The notes under the pieces: generated by a model | What the model saw: the letters and a program-made list of their open reading frames with translations, nothing else | What the model was told of the DNA's origin: nothing | Databases searched by the model: none | Position numbers and translations under genes: made by a program | Source: Thermoanaerobaculia bacterium | GTDB lineage: Bacteria; Acidobacteriota; Thermoanaerobaculia; Multivoradales; JAHEKO01 | Reading direction: 5' to 3' | Length of the DNA stretch: 64,000 bases | NCBI GenBank assembly: GCA_947259195.1 | Contig: CAMYLC010000021.1 | Span: 34,148-98,147 of the forward strand | Part shown: positions 31,605 to 41,835 of the stretch, one piece after another | How positions within the stretch are numbered: position 1 is the first letter of the stretch | How the letters are laid out: every line of letters begins with the position of its first letter

Positions 31605-34097
31605 ATGATCGGTAACACGATCTCTCATTACCGAATCCTCGAGCTGATCGGGAAGGGTGGAATGGGAGAGGTCTATCTGGCCGAAGATCTGGAGCTGGGC
31701 AGACGGATCGCCTTGAAGATGCTGCCGCCTGAGCTGGTAGCCGAGCCTGAAAGATTGGAGCGCTTCCGGCGCGAGGCGAAGACCCTGGCGGCACTCAACC
31801 ACCCCAACATTGTCACCATTTACTCCGTAGAAACGGCCGAGGCAGAAGGTCGAGAGCTGAAGCGGCCGGACCCCGTGCCGGCCGGGGAGGGGGAACCCCT
31901 GAGCCCCCAAACCCCTGAGCCTCCAAGCCCTCAAGTCCACTTCCTCACCATGGAGCTCGTGGATGGCAAGACGGTCGCGGACTCGATTCCTCCGGGTGGG
32001 CTTGCTGCAGAGAGAATCCTCGAACTGAGTGTGCCGCTCGCAGACGCCCTGGCCAAGGCGCACGCGACGGGAGTCGTCCACCGGGATTTGAAGCCAGGCA
32101 ACGTCATGGTCACCTCCGATGGTCGGGTCAAGGTCCTCGATTTTGGTTTGGCGAAGCTGCGAGGCCATTCGCTGGCGGACGAGGATACACAGTTGGCTAC
32201 CGAGGGGATCACTGGGGACGGGCGAGTCCTCGGGACGGTTCCGTACATGTCGCCGGAGCAGGTCGTGGGCAAGGCGGTGGATCAGCGCTCTGACGTCTTC
32301 TCCCTTGGCGTGGTGCTTTTCGAGATGGCCACCGGCAAGAGGCCGTTCAGGGGTGAGTCTTCGCCGGACCTGATCTCCTCGATCCTGCGGGATACTCCGC
32401 AGCGGGTCGATCTCCTGAAGGAGGAGCTGCCGCATCATCTGGCGCGGGTCATCGGTCGCTGTCTCGAGAAGGACCCCGAGCGGCGCTATCAGTCGGCCAT
32501 CGACGTGCGCAACGAGCTCTCAGACCTCTCCAGGGAATTGGAAACCAAGGCTGTCTTGACAGAACATGCCATTGCCGCTCCGGCCGTCGAGAGACTATCG
32601 ATGCGTGGCTGGCTGGCGGGAATCGTCGTGGTCGTCGCACTTCTGATCCTGGCATCGGCGGTGGCTTTCAAACTAGTCAAGACTCGCCGTCCGGAGTTGG
32701 CTGTGAGTGAGACTCCGTCGATTCGCTCGTTGGCGGTGCTGCCTTTCGACAACCTGATGAGGGACCCGGAGCAGGACTATTTCGTCGACGGGATGCATGA
32801 GGCCCTGATTACCGATCTGGCGAAGATCTCGGACCTGAAAGTGATCTCCCGAACGTCATCAATGCGCTACAAGGGGTCGGACAAGGCCTTGCCGGAGATC
32901 GCTCGCGAGCTGGGAGTCGAGGCGCTGGTCGAAGGCTCGGTCCTGCGGGCCGATGGCCAGGTGCGCATTACGGCACAGCTTATCGACGGTGCCAGTGACG
33001 AGCATATATGGGCCGAGAGTTACGACCGCAATCTGGAGAGTCTCCTGGCTCTTCTGAGTGACGTGGCTCGTGCCATTGCCGCGGAGATCGAAATCGAGCT
33101 GACTCAGGAGCAGGTGAGGCTTCTGGCCTCGAGGACGGCGGTGAATCCAGAGGTGCAGGAGCTCTACCTGAAGGGCCGCTCTCTGCTCAATCGGTTCGCA
33201 ATAGAGTATTTTCCCGAAGCGAGGCAGTTCTTCCAGCAGGTGCTGGCGATGGACCCCGATTTTGCTCCTGCGATCTCGGGCTTGGCGAGCTGCGATTTCA
33301 TGCTCGGATTCTTCGGGAGATTGCCTCTCGAGGAAGCGATGCCGGCAGCCGAAAAGGGGTTCCGGAGGGCTCTGGAGCTCGATCCCGACCTGAGCGAAGC
33401 CCGCTCACTACTCGGCTGGGTGAAGATGTTCTACCACTGGGACCTCGGTGGAGGGGTCGAGGAGTTCGAAAGGGCCCTGAGGATCGATCCCAATGATCCG
33501 ATTGCCCGACATGGGCTGGCCGACTACTGCATGATTCTCGGAGATCATGAGCAATCCGTGGAGGAGGTGATGGCGGCTCGCAGGGTCGACCCACTTTCGC
33601 GCGTCACGGTGATACCAGTGATTGGCCACTTGACGATGACTCGTCGCTACGACGAAGCGATCGACGAGATCCGCCAGTGGACGGCGCTCTTCCCTGACGA
33701 CAAGGGAGTGAGTCGGACGTGGCTTCCGATGATCCTCAAACTGCAAGGTCGTTACGAGGAAGCCCTCGAGGTGCAGCGCAACCTCTATCCTCCCGACTCC
33801 GGTTACCTCAGAGCTGTGGAGCAGGGCTTCGAGGATGGTGGACCACGAGGCGCTGATCGGGCCGCGGCGGAATATCTGGCCAGCCGGTCGTCACCATCGC
33901 CCATGCTGGTCGCGAGGGCCTACGCTGCTGCGGGGGAGGTCGATCTGGCGTTCGAATGGCTGGATCGGGCCTACGCGGGACGGGAACCTCAGATTCTGCA
34001 CGTAGTTGCCTATCCACAGTTCGATGCGCTCCGTTCCGACCCGCGATACGAGGATCTCCTGCGACGGATCGGGATTCCTCAGGAGGCAAGGCCATGA
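31605..34097 (+). CDS. Hanks-type Ser/Thr kinase, TM, TolB_N-like, TPR
   Basis: [27 protein letters not shown]; TM; [10 protein letters not shown]...VISRTS; TPRs; ending [15 protein letters not shown]. Confidence 0.93.
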   Translation: MIGNTISHYRILELIGKGGMGEVYLAEDLELGRRIALKMLPPELVAEPERLERFRREAKTLAALNHPNIVTIYSVETAEAEGRELKRPDPVPAGEGEPLSPQTPEPPSPQVHFLTMELVDGKTVADSIPPGGLAAERILELSVPLADALAKAHATGVVHRDLKPGNVMVTSDGRVKVLDFGLAKLRGHSLADEDTQLATEGITGDGRVLGTVPYMSPEQVVGKAVDQRSDVFSLGVVLFEMATGKRPFRGESSPDLISSILRDTPQRVDLLKEELPHHLARVIGRCLEKDPERRYQSAIDVRNELSDLSRELETKAVLTEHAIAAPAVERLSMRGWLAGIVVVVALLILASAVAFKLVKTRRPELAVSETPSIRSLAVLPFDNLMRDPEQDYFVDGMHEALITDLAKISDLKVISRTSSMRYKGSDKALPEIARELGVEALVEGSVLRADGQVRITAQLIDGASDEHIWAESYDRNLESLLALLSDVARAIAAEIEIELTQEQVRLLASRTAVNPEVQELYLKGRSLLNRFAIEYFPEARQFFQQVLAMDPDFAPAISGLASCDFMLGFFGRLPLEEAMPAAEKGFRRALELDPDLSEARSLLGWVKMFYHWDLGGGVEEFERALRIDPNDPIARHGLADYCMILGDHEQSVEEVMAARRVDPLSRVTVIPVIGHLTMTRRYDEAIDEIRQWTALFPDDKGVSRTWLPMILKLQGRYEEALEVQRNLYPPDSGYLRAVEQGFEDGGPRGADRAAAEYLASRSSPSPMLVARAYAAAGEVDLAFEWLDRAYAGREPQILHVVAYPQFDALRSDPRYEDLLRRIGIPQEARP
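31893..31938. repeat. 8-bp-period repeat inside kinase CDS
   Basis: gaacccct gagccccc aaacccct gagcctcc aagccctc aagtcc, encoding [15 protein letters not shown]. Confidence 0.65.
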
Positions 34098-34411
34098 GCC
34101 CAACTGGCGAATCCGCCTTCAAAGAGGTCGGCGGCCTGCGAGGCTCCGAAATCCCGATCGAGGCGAGAATCATCGCCGTCGCTGACGTCTTCGATGCCAT
34201 GACCAGCGCCCGCCCCTATAAAGAGGCTTGGACCAACAATGAGGCGTTTTCGGCTCTGCAGCGCCTGGCGGGAGCGGAGCTGGACAAGGAGTGCGTCGAG
34301 GCCCTCATGCTGCGGACAGACGAGGTCGAGAAGATCCCGGCGAGATTTTCCCAGGGAACCCTGACAGGGGTCGAGCAGGCTCCCACCCGAGGGAGTCCAG
34401 AGAGGAGCTGA
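34094..34411 (+). pseudogene. C-terminal fragment of an HD-GYP phosphodiesterase
   Basis: GLRGSEIPIEARIIAVADVFDAMTSARPYK...AGAELD is the HD-GYP C-terminus; the HD and HHE...GYP motifs are missing. ATG overlaps the kinase stop. Confidence 0.8.
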
Positions 34412-34418
34412 GGAGGCG

Positions 34419-35312
34419 ATGATCTGGAGGAAGCTGGAAAAGAGGGGCCTCGTTCTGCTTGCAGCCCTGCTTGGAACAGTCGGCTTTCTAGAAGTCGGGG
34501 CGCGCGCCGAGGTGGAAGAAGATTCGGTCGACACACAGGATCTGTCGCAGCTTTCCGATCAGGAGATCGAGGCCATTCTCCTCGATGGCCGAATTGTAGA
34601 GAGGAAACACCTCGAAGTCGGTGTGACTCTGCCGGATCGGCTCTGGCTCGAGCACGACGGCTACCGGATGAGCGCTGCTTTCAAACATCTCGATTTGGAG
34701 CGCAAGGGACTGACGCATTTCGAGAAGGCGCCTCCCGAGCTCAACTTCAAGGACAGCTTTCGTTACGAGCGGGCCGCGTATCTGTTGGATCGACTTCTCG
34801 GCCTGGAGATGGTGCCGGTGACAGTGCTGCGGAGCGTGAAGGCTCACGAAGGGGCCGTCGTGGCCTGGGTCGAGGACGCCATCACCGAGCAGGAGCGGTT
34901 GCGTCTCAAGCTGGCGCCCGAGGATACTCGGCTTCTCATTCGGCAACGAGCGGCGATGAGGCTGTTCGACGCCCTGATCTACAACATCGACAACAACCTC
35001 GGTAATCAGCTGTGGACACGGCCGGACTGGCGCCTCCATCTCATTGACCACACACGCTCCTTTCGGCAGCGGAAGAGCCTTCCCGAGGGCTTCTCGAAAC
35101 GCCCGGTGAGCCTCACCCCGGAGCTCTACGACGTCCTCCGCTCTCTCGAAGAGCCGCAAGTCGAGGCGGCGCTCGGCAAGGTCCTGAGTCCGGGAGAGAT
35201 CAAGGCGGTGCTGGCGCGCCAAAAGCTGATCTTGGAGAAGATCGAGCACGATCGCCGAGAGTATGGCGAACCGTTCGTGTTTCTCGGCATGCCTGTTCCA
35301 CCAGATTCCTAG
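34419..35312 (+). CDS. Exported atypical kinase-fold protein, paralog 2
   Basis: Signal peptide ending ARA; GVT loop, AAFK, DSFRYERAAYLLDRLLGL, FDALIYNIDNNLGN, LIDHTRSF. Confidence 0.78.
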   Translation: MIWRKLEKRGLVLLAALLGTVGFLEVGARAEVEEDSVDTQDLSQLSDQEIEAILLDGRIVERKHLEVGVTLPDRLWLEHDGYRMSAAFKHLDLERKGLTHFEKAPPELNFKDSFRYERAAYLLDRLLGLEMVPVTVLRSVKAHEGAVVAWVEDAITEQERLRLKLAPEDTRLLIRQRAAMRLFDALIYNIDNNLGNQLWTRPDWRLHLIDHTRSFRQRKSLPEGFSKRPVSLTPELYDVLRSLEEPQVEAALGKVLSPGEIKAVLARQKLILEKIEHDRREYGEPFVFLGMPVPPDS

Positions 35313-35351
35313 CCCGCATTGTTCATCGCCGCGCGAGCAGATTGTGGAAAG

Positions 35352-35449
35352 CGTCCGCCATCTCTGGCCAACCGCAAAGAGGAGCACCGGAGGCAACCTT
35401 GCAGGTTGTCGAGGAGCGACGAGTGAGGACTGCCCTGAGATGGCGGACG
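35352..35449. repeat. Intergenic inverted repeat / long hairpin
   Basis: CGTCCGCCATCTC (35352-35364) pairs perfectly with GAGATGGCGGACG (35437-35449); apical stem CAACCT/AGGTTG (35394-35408). Confidence 0.65.
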
Positions 35450-35566
35450 ATCTCCGCTACATGTCGTGGGGCTCATGAATGCTGCGGACCTGGGGGCAAA
35501 GATAGGGCCGATAGCGGTGAACCGACCCGACTTGGTCTATATTGAGCAGACCAAAGGAGGGCTTCG

Positions 35567-38443
35567 GTGACCGGGGAAGCACCCGCAGCGCGGGGCGGAG
35601 GAGCTGCAGAGGCAGTGTGGAGGCGCACTCTCAGGCGCCTGGGTGTGGATTTGCGTCCAGGTGAGGGCTCTCCCGCAGCGCTCCTCTTCGCTTCACTCTT
35701 CCTGCTCCTGACGTTTCAGATCGCCACCAAGACGATCCGCCAGTCGACGTTCATCGACGCCCTGGGTGCCGCCAGACTGCCACTGGTCTATCTCCTGGTA
35801 GCGCTCGTCTCCTACCCGGTCCTTCGTCTTTACAACCGATTCGTCGATCGCTATCGGATCGACCAGTTGTTTGTCGCCTCCTGCGTCGGAATCGCCGGCA
35901 GCCTGGTCGTTTTCTGGGCGCTGATGCGCTACTCCTGGACCTGGGTGCCGGTGGTCTTCTACGTCGGATCCTCCATCGTTTACGGCATGCTGGCAAGCCA
36001 ATTCTGGTTGCTGGCCACGCATCTTTTCGATCCCCGTCAGGCCAGGCGGCTGTTCGGGTTCATCGGCGCGGGGGCTCTGCTGGGTGGCGTCCTCGGTGGG
36101 CAGGTGGCGCGGCTGGCTGGAAAGCTGGTGGGCACGAGCTCGGTCCTGCTGGTGGCTGCGGTCCTGCTGGTGATCGTAGCGCTGCTCATGATGCGGGCCC
36201 GCTCCTCCGACGCCATCGGGCTCAAGGGTGAGGAGCCCGGATCGTCCCGTGGCAAGCTCGAAAAAGCCAAGGGGGGATTCGAAGTTCTGAGGCAATCTCG
36301 CCCGCTGCAAACGATTGCTGCGGTGGTGATCCTGACAGTCATGGTGGCGCAGGTCGTTGACCTTCAGTTCAATTGGGCTGTGGAACAAAGCACCACCACT
36401 CTGGACCAGAGGACGGCTTTCTACGGCAACTTCTTCAGCGTCATGGGCATCGCTGCGTTCGTGTTTCAGCTGGCATTCACCTCTCGGATCCACCGGCGGC
36501 TGGGAATCTCCTTTGCGCTACGAGTCCTGCCGGTGACGATGGCCATCGGCACCGTAGCTCTGTTTCTTGCGGCGGGCTTCGTGCCCGAGATGCTGGTGGC
36601 AGCGGCGCTGATCCTGAAAGTCGGTGAGAGCGGTCTCCGATACTCTCTGGATCAGTCGACTCGGGAGCTCCTCTTCCTGCCAGTTCCATCACGGCTCCGG
36701 GTCAAGGCCAAGGCGTTCATCGATGTCTTCATTCAGCGAGGCGCCAAGGGGCTGTCCGCGCTCCTCTTGCTGCCGGTGACCTTTGGCGTCTTCACCCCGG
36801 TGCAGGCAGGCTGGATCTCACTCGTGCTCATCGCCATCTGGTTGAGTGTGACAGCCATCGCTTCCCGGGAATACGTGCGGGCTTTCCGCGTCGGCCTCAA
36901 GCAGAGGACGGTCGACGCTTCGGTCGCCGTGGATCTGTCGGATGTGACGACCCTGGAGCTGCTGTTGGAGTCCCTGGGCAGCTCAGACCGGCGTCAGGTC
37001 CTTCACTGTCTGGACATTCTGGCGGCGAATGGGCGGGGCGATCTGGTGCCGCCGCTGCTGCTCTACCACGACGAGCCCGAGGTGCGGCTTCGAACTCTCG
37101 GCATCCTGGCAGATCTCGGGCGCGTCGACGTCGCCCCGCTTATCGAGCGACGTCTAGGGGATTCCGACCCCGAGGTGCGTGCCGAGGCCATCAGGGTGCT
37201 GGCGGGCATGCAGGGCAAGGATGTTTGCCAATTGATGCTGCCCAGGCTGGAGGAGGGGGATCCGGGTGTGCGGGCAGCGGCGGTGGCTTGCCTGGCGAAC
37301 TACGGCGACGAAGCCATGACCGCCGACGCCACTCGGGTGCTCTTGAATCTACTGGCCGATGCCGAGCCCAGGATCAGGATCGAGGCTGTCAAAGCCATAG
37401 GCGCCGTGCACGAGCCGCTCTTTCAGGAAAGATTGATCCAATCGCTTTACGACTCCGACGTGGGTGTCATCAAGGAGGCCGTCGCCGCGATTCGCCGGCG
37501 AGTCGGTAGGGATGGCTTCAATCCACTCTACGTTCCGACCCTGATCGCGCTCCTCCAGAACCGCCGAGTCAGGCATGAGGCTAGAGAAGCGCTGGTGGCG
37601 TTCGGCGAGTCGACGATTCCGATGCTGGTCCATTTTATGAACCACCCCGATGAGCCCTTGTGGGTCAAGCGTGCCCTGCCGAAGGCCATCGCGCAGATCG
37701 GCACCATGGCCGCGGCTCAGGCACTGCTGGATGGACTGCGGCAGGGGAGCGATAGCTTTCTGAGGCGAAAGCAGGTGGAAGCCCTGACTTGGATGCTGGA
37801 GCACAACCACCGCCACGCATTGGACAGGCAGGACGTGCAGCAGCAGATTCGGGAAGAGGCGAGACGTTTCCTGCGACGTTTGGCTGCACTGCGCGGCCTG
37901 GGTCTGCATGCCAAGGGCGATCTCTCGGGGCCTCTCGTCGTGTGGAGTGAGGAGCGGGTTCCCACCCTTCTGGATCGACTGCTGGCAGAACGAGCGGCCA
38001 GCAATCTGTGGAATGTCTTCGGTCTTCTGGCGCTGCTGTTTCCACCGGAGCACATCTGGGCGGCTCATCGGAGTCTGACGAGTGGGGACAGGCTGCACCG
38101 GTCCCGCTCTCTGGAGTTTCTCGATAACACCTTGGAGGGCGAGCTCAGTCGGGCGGTCTTTGCCGTCATCGACGATTGCCCTTTGAGTGAGAAGCTGACC
38201 CGAGCCACCAAGTTGTTCGACATCAGGGTCCGTTCCAGGGTCGAGACACTGCGTGGTTTGCTGGAGGCGCATATCGGCGGCGAGCCCGACTCGGCGGGCA
38301 TCGCGGCGGCTGCCCTCTATGAGATTCGAGTCGAGAGCGTCCCAGGCCTCGAGGCCGAGGTCGAGCAACTGGCGGCAGGAGCCGAAGACCCCTTTGTGGG
38401 AGAAACCGCCACCTGGGTGGCGGAACGGGTGTCACGGGCCTAG
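35567..38443 (+). CDS. NTT/TLC ATP-ADP translocase-like MFS domain fused to HEAT repeats, paralog A
   Basis: About 12 hydrophobic segments; TKTIRQSTF, QFWLLATHLFDPRQARRLFG, RYSLDQSTRELLFLPVP...KAKAFID; HEAT units (DEPEVR, DSDPEVR, GDPGVRAAA, AEPRIR). Confidence 0.85.
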   Translation: MTGEAPAARGGGAAEAVWRRTLRRLGVDLRPGEGSPAALLFASLFLLLTFQIATKTIRQSTFIDALGAARLPLVYLLVALVSYPVLRLYNRFVDRYRIDQLFVASCVGIAGSLVVFWALMRYSWTWVPVVFYVGSSIVYGMLASQFWLLATHLFDPRQARRLFGFIGAGALLGGVLGGQVARLAGKLVGTSSVLLVAAVLLVIVALLMMRARSSDAIGLKGEEPGSSRGKLEKAKGGFEVLRQSRPLQTIAAVVILTVMVAQVVDLQFNWAVEQSTTTLDQRTAFYGNFFSVMGIAAFVFQLAFTSRIHRRLGISFALRVLPVTMAIGTVALFLAAGFVPEMLVAAALILKVGESGLRYSLDQSTRELLFLPVPSRLRVKAKAFIDVFIQRGAKGLSALLLLPVTFGVFTPVQAGWISLVLIAIWLSVTAIASREYVRAFRVGLKQRTVDASVAVDLSDVTTLELLLESLGSSDRRQVLHCLDILAANGRGDLVPPLLLYHDEPEVRLRTLGILADLGRVDVAPLIERRLGDSDPEVRAEAIRVLAGMQGKDVCQLMLPRLEEGDPGVRAAAVACLANYGDEAMTADATRVLLNLLADAEPRIRIEAVKAIGAVHEPLFQERLIQSLYDSDVGVIKEAVAAIRRRVGRDGFNPLYVPTLIALLQNRRVRHEAREALVAFGESTIPMLVHFMNHPDEPLWVKRALPKAIAQIGTMAAAQALLDGLRQGSDSFLRRKQVEALTWMLEHNHRHALDRQDVQQQIREEARRFLRRLAALRGLGLHAKGDLSGPLVVWSEERVPTLLDRLLAERAASNLWNVFGLLALLFPPEHIWAAHRSLTSGDRLHRSRSLEFLDNTLEGELSRAVFAVIDDCPLSEKLTRATKLFDIRVRSRVETLRGLLEAHIGGEPDSAGIAAAALYEIRVESVPGLEAEVEQLAAGAEDPFVGETATWVAERVSRA

Positions 38444-38497
38444 CATCATGTCTGCGATGACCTATAATCCTAGGGCCATTCTGCGCCGGAGGTACCG

Positions 38498-41377
38498 ATG
38501 AGTCCAGACGGGTCTGGAATAGCTGTGACTACACAAGAGACGCCCTTCTGGCGGCGTCTGGCTAGCCGTCTCGGCATCGATTTGCGGTCCGGTGAGGGGT
38601 GGCCGGCTCTCCTGCTGTTCATTACCTTCTTTCTCTTTATCACCTTTCAGTACGCCACCAAGAGCGTTCGGCAGTCCTCCTACGTCAAGGGGCTGGGAGC
38701 TGCCAACCTGCCCTGGGTCTACTTGGCGGTGGCGGTCTGCTCTTACCCACTGCTCAGGCTCTATGGGCGGTTCGCTGACCGGGTCAAGCGCCACCATCTC
38801 ATGGCGGCGACCTGCACCATCATCGCCATCAGCATGGTCGCGTTCTGGTGGCTGTTTCAGTTCACCTGGACGTGGATCCCGTTCGCGCTCTATGTCTGGA
38901 TCTCGATCGCCTACGTAATGAACGTCAGTCAGTTCTGGTCGTTCTCGAACCATGTCTTCGACCCTCGCCAGGCCAAGCGCCTGTTCGGCTTCATCGGTGC
39001 GGGAGGCCTACTGGGAGGCATCGCTGGCGGTCAGGTGGCTCGCCTGGTCAGCTATCTGGTGGACACCCGAACGACGTTTCTGGTGGCGGCCGCCATTCTC
39101 ATGCTGGCGGTGGGGATCATCTTCCTGATCCAGCGGCAACGACCTGCCGACTCGGACGCCGTAGCGGGTGCAGCCGGCCTGGCCAAACTCGACAAAGCCA
39201 AAGGCGGTTTCGAGATCATCAAGAGCTCGCGGCAGCTGCAGGTCATCACGGCGATCATGGTCCTGAGCGTCGTAGTGGCGCAGATCGTCGATCTCCAGTT
39301 CAACTGGGCGGTGGAGAACGCCACGACCGATCTGGAGAACGCCACCCGCTTCTTCGGCAACTTCTACAGCATCATGGGGATTGCGGCCTTCCTCTTTCAG
39401 CTGGCCTTTACGGCTCGCATTCACCGGGTGCTGGGTGTCGGGGTGGCGATGAGAGTTCTGCCGGTGACCATGGCCTTCGGGACGGCGGCACTGTTTGTTT
39501 CGGCAGGGCTCTTCCCCTCGCTACTCTTGGCGACAGCGCTTTTCCTGAAGGTGGGTGAGAACGGGGTGCGCTACTCGCTCGAGCAGGCGACACGTGAGCT
39601 GCTGTTCCTGCCCGTGCCATCCAAGGCTCGCGTCAAGGCGAAGGCCTTCATCGACGTCTTCGTGCAGCGAGGCGCCAAGGGATTGGCGGCGCTGCTGCTT
39701 TTGCCCGTGACATTTCACCTCTTTACCCCGGTGCAGGCAGGCTGGATCTCACTCGTGCTCATCGCGGTCTGGCTCGTTGTCACCGTCATTGCCTACAAGG
39801 AGTATGTACATTCCTTTCTTCTCGGGCTCAAGAAGCGAAGCGTCGATGCGGAGATCCCGATCAACCTCTCCGACGTCACGACGCTGGAAATGCTGGTGCA
39901 AGCTCTCGGCAGCTCGGATGCACGGCAGGTCATCCAGAGTCTCGACATTCTGGCTTCCAACAATCGTGAAAACCTGGTCTCTCCGCTGCTGCTCTACCAT
40001 GATGATGCCGAGGTGCGCCAGCGCACCCTCGAGATTCTGGCCAAGGCGGGGCGAGTCGACGCCTTGCCGCTTATCGAAGGGCGCCTGGCGGACCACAACC
40101 CGGAAGTCAGAGTCGGCGCCATTCAGGCGCTGGCCGAGCTGCATGGTGAGGATGCTTGCGACCTGATGCTGCCACGACTGCGAGAGAGTGACGCCGGAGT
40201 GCGTGCTGCGGCGGTGGCCTGCCTTGCCAACTACGGGACGGAGTCGATGGCGGACGAGGCCACCCGCGCGCTCAATGATCTTCTGTCCGATGCGGATCCG
40301 GAGATCCGGGCCGAGGCGGCGAAGGCACTCGGAGCCATACGCGAGCCCCGATTCCAGGAGCTGCTGATTCGTCTCCTCTACGATCGGGAGCCGCAGATCG
40401 CTCGCGAGGCGATCTCGGCTATTCGGCGCAGAGTAGCGCGAGATGGCTACAACCCGATCTACGTGCCGACCCTTGTCTCGCTGCTCAACAACCGCAGAGT
40501 GAAGCATGATGCGCGGGAGGCGCTCGTGGCTTTCGGCGAGCCCGCGATCCCGACCCTGGCTCACTTCATGGGTGAGTCTGACGAGCAGCTATGGGTGCGA
40601 CGTGCTCTGCCGATGACCATTGCCAAGATCGGCACCCTGGCCGCCGCAGAGAAACTCTTCGGGCATCTCGGTGATTCGCGCGACTCGTTTCAACGGCGCA
40701 AGCTGATCGAGTCGATAGGAGCTCTGCCGGAAGACATTCGGCATACGATCGATCTAAAGATGATCGAAGAACAGACTCATTTCGAGGCTGGGCGCTACCT
40801 TCAGGCCCTTGCCGATCTGCTTGCCCTCGGCGGCATGCAGAAGAGCAGGCTCGAAGGGGGTTGTATCGTCTGGCGCGAGGATGCCCACGAACCCGACCTG
40901 GTTGAGAGACTCCTGGGGGAGCGTGCAGAAGAGCACCTGCGGAACATCTTCGGCCTGGTTGCCGCTCTCTTTCCGCCGCATGACGTCTGGGCGGCGCATC
41001 GCAGCTTGACGGGTGGCGCTGCTGGCTTGCGAAGTCACGCCCTGGAGTACCTGGATAATACCCTTTCGGGGGACCTGCGGAGGAGTGTCTTCGCCGTCAT
41101 CGACGATCAACCCATCGACGAGAAGCTCAATGCTGCCGAGAGGAGCTTCGGGGTGACGAGAGCCACGAAGGTCCGCACATTGGACAGGATGCTGGTGGTG
41201 CGTGAGGGGGGAGATTCCGAGGAGTTCCACCTCACTTTGGCGGCTCTCTATGCCGTTCACGAGGGAAGAGTCGCGGAGCTCTACGATCGGGTCCAGTCCC
41301 TGGTACAGAACGCCACGGATCCGTTTGTCGGCGAGACGGCCCGTTGGGTCGCTGTCAGAGAGGGAATATCAGCCTAG
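38498..41377 (+). CDS. NTT/TLC ATP-ADP translocase-like MFS domain fused to HEAT repeats, paralog B
   Basis: Collinear with paralog A; TKSVRQS, QFWSFSNHVFDPRQAKRLFG, RYSLEQATRELLFLPVP..KAKAFID; HEAT repeats. Confidence 0.85.
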   Translation: MSPDGSGIAVTTQETPFWRRLASRLGIDLRSGEGWPALLLFITFFLFITFQYATKSVRQSSYVKGLGAANLPWVYLAVAVCSYPLLRLYGRFADRVKRHHLMAATCTIIAISMVAFWWLFQFTWTWIPFALYVWISIAYVMNVSQFWSFSNHVFDPRQAKRLFGFIGAGGLLGGIAGGQVARLVSYLVDTRTTFLVAAAILMLAVGIIFLIQRQRPADSDAVAGAAGLAKLDKAKGGFEIIKSSRQLQVITAIMVLSVVVAQIVDLQFNWAVENATTDLENATRFFGNFYSIMGIAAFLFQLAFTARIHRVLGVGVAMRVLPVTMAFGTAALFVSAGLFPSLLLATALFLKVGENGVRYSLEQATRELLFLPVPSKARVKAKAFIDVFVQRGAKGLAALLLLPVTFHLFTPVQAGWISLVLIAVWLVVTVIAYKEYVHSFLLGLKKRSVDAEIPINLSDVTTLEMLVQALGSSDARQVIQSLDILASNNRENLVSPLLLYHDDAEVRQRTLEILAKAGRVDALPLIEGRLADHNPEVRVGAIQALAELHGEDACDLMLPRLRESDAGVRAAAVACLANYGTESMADEATRALNDLLSDADPEIRAEAAKALGAIREPRFQELLIRLLYDREPQIAREAISAIRRRVARDGYNPIYVPTLVSLLNNRRVKHDAREALVAFGEPAIPTLAHFMGESDEQLWVRRALPMTIAKIGTLAAAEKLFGHLGDSRDSFQRRKLIESIGALPEDIRHTIDLKMIEEQTHFEAGRYLQALADLLALGGMQKSRLEGGCIVWREDAHEPDLVERLLGERAEEHLRNIFGLVAALFPPHDVWAAHRSLTGGAAGLRSHALEYLDNTLSGDLRRSVFAVIDDQPIDEKLNAAERSFGVTRATKVRTLDRMLVVREGGDSEEFHLTLAALYAVHEGRVAELYDRVQSLVQNATDPFVGETARWVAVREGISA

Positions 41378-41399
41378 CCGTGGTGGAGGAGGGAAACCT

Positions 41400-41813
41400 G
41401 TGTCTGAGCTAGCCAGGATCGAAACGGTCGTTTTTCTGCAGAGCGTCGATATCTTCTCCTACTGCAAGGCGGAGGAGGTGCTGCGGATCGCCGCCATTGC
41501 TCAGGAGAGGATGGTAGCCGCAGGAGAGAAGATCTACAGCGCGAACGAGCCGGCGGAGGGCCTGTTCTGTGTCGTTCGGGGCAGTGTCAAGATCGAGTCT
41601 TCAAACGGCGAGACCAAGAATGTCGGCCCCCTGGCGACGTTCGGTGGAATCGACATTCTTCGCAGTCGCCTGAGGACGGCAACGGCGACGGCCGAGACGG
41701 ACAGCCTGCTACTGGCCATCGAGAGCGACGATCTTTTCGATCTTCTGTCGAATAACATCGAGATCGTCAAGGCTCTGTTCCGCCACCTCATCGAACGGTT
41801 CCAGGGCGAGTAG
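41400..41813 (+). CDS. Stand-alone cyclic-nucleotide-binding domain protein
   Basis: GTG 41400 after GGAGGAGG; FLQSVDIFS, GEKIY, LFCVVRGSV, FGGIDIL...RTATATA; no HTH. Confidence 0.85.
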   Translation: MSELARIETVVFLQSVDIFSYCKAEEVLRIAAIAQERMVAAGEKIYSANEPAEGLFCVVRGSVKIESSNGETKNVGPLATFGGIDILRSRLRTATATAETDSLLLAIESDDLFDLLSNNIEIVKALFRHLIERFQGE

Positions 41814-41835
41814 TCTGAAGAGCAAGGAGGCCTGA

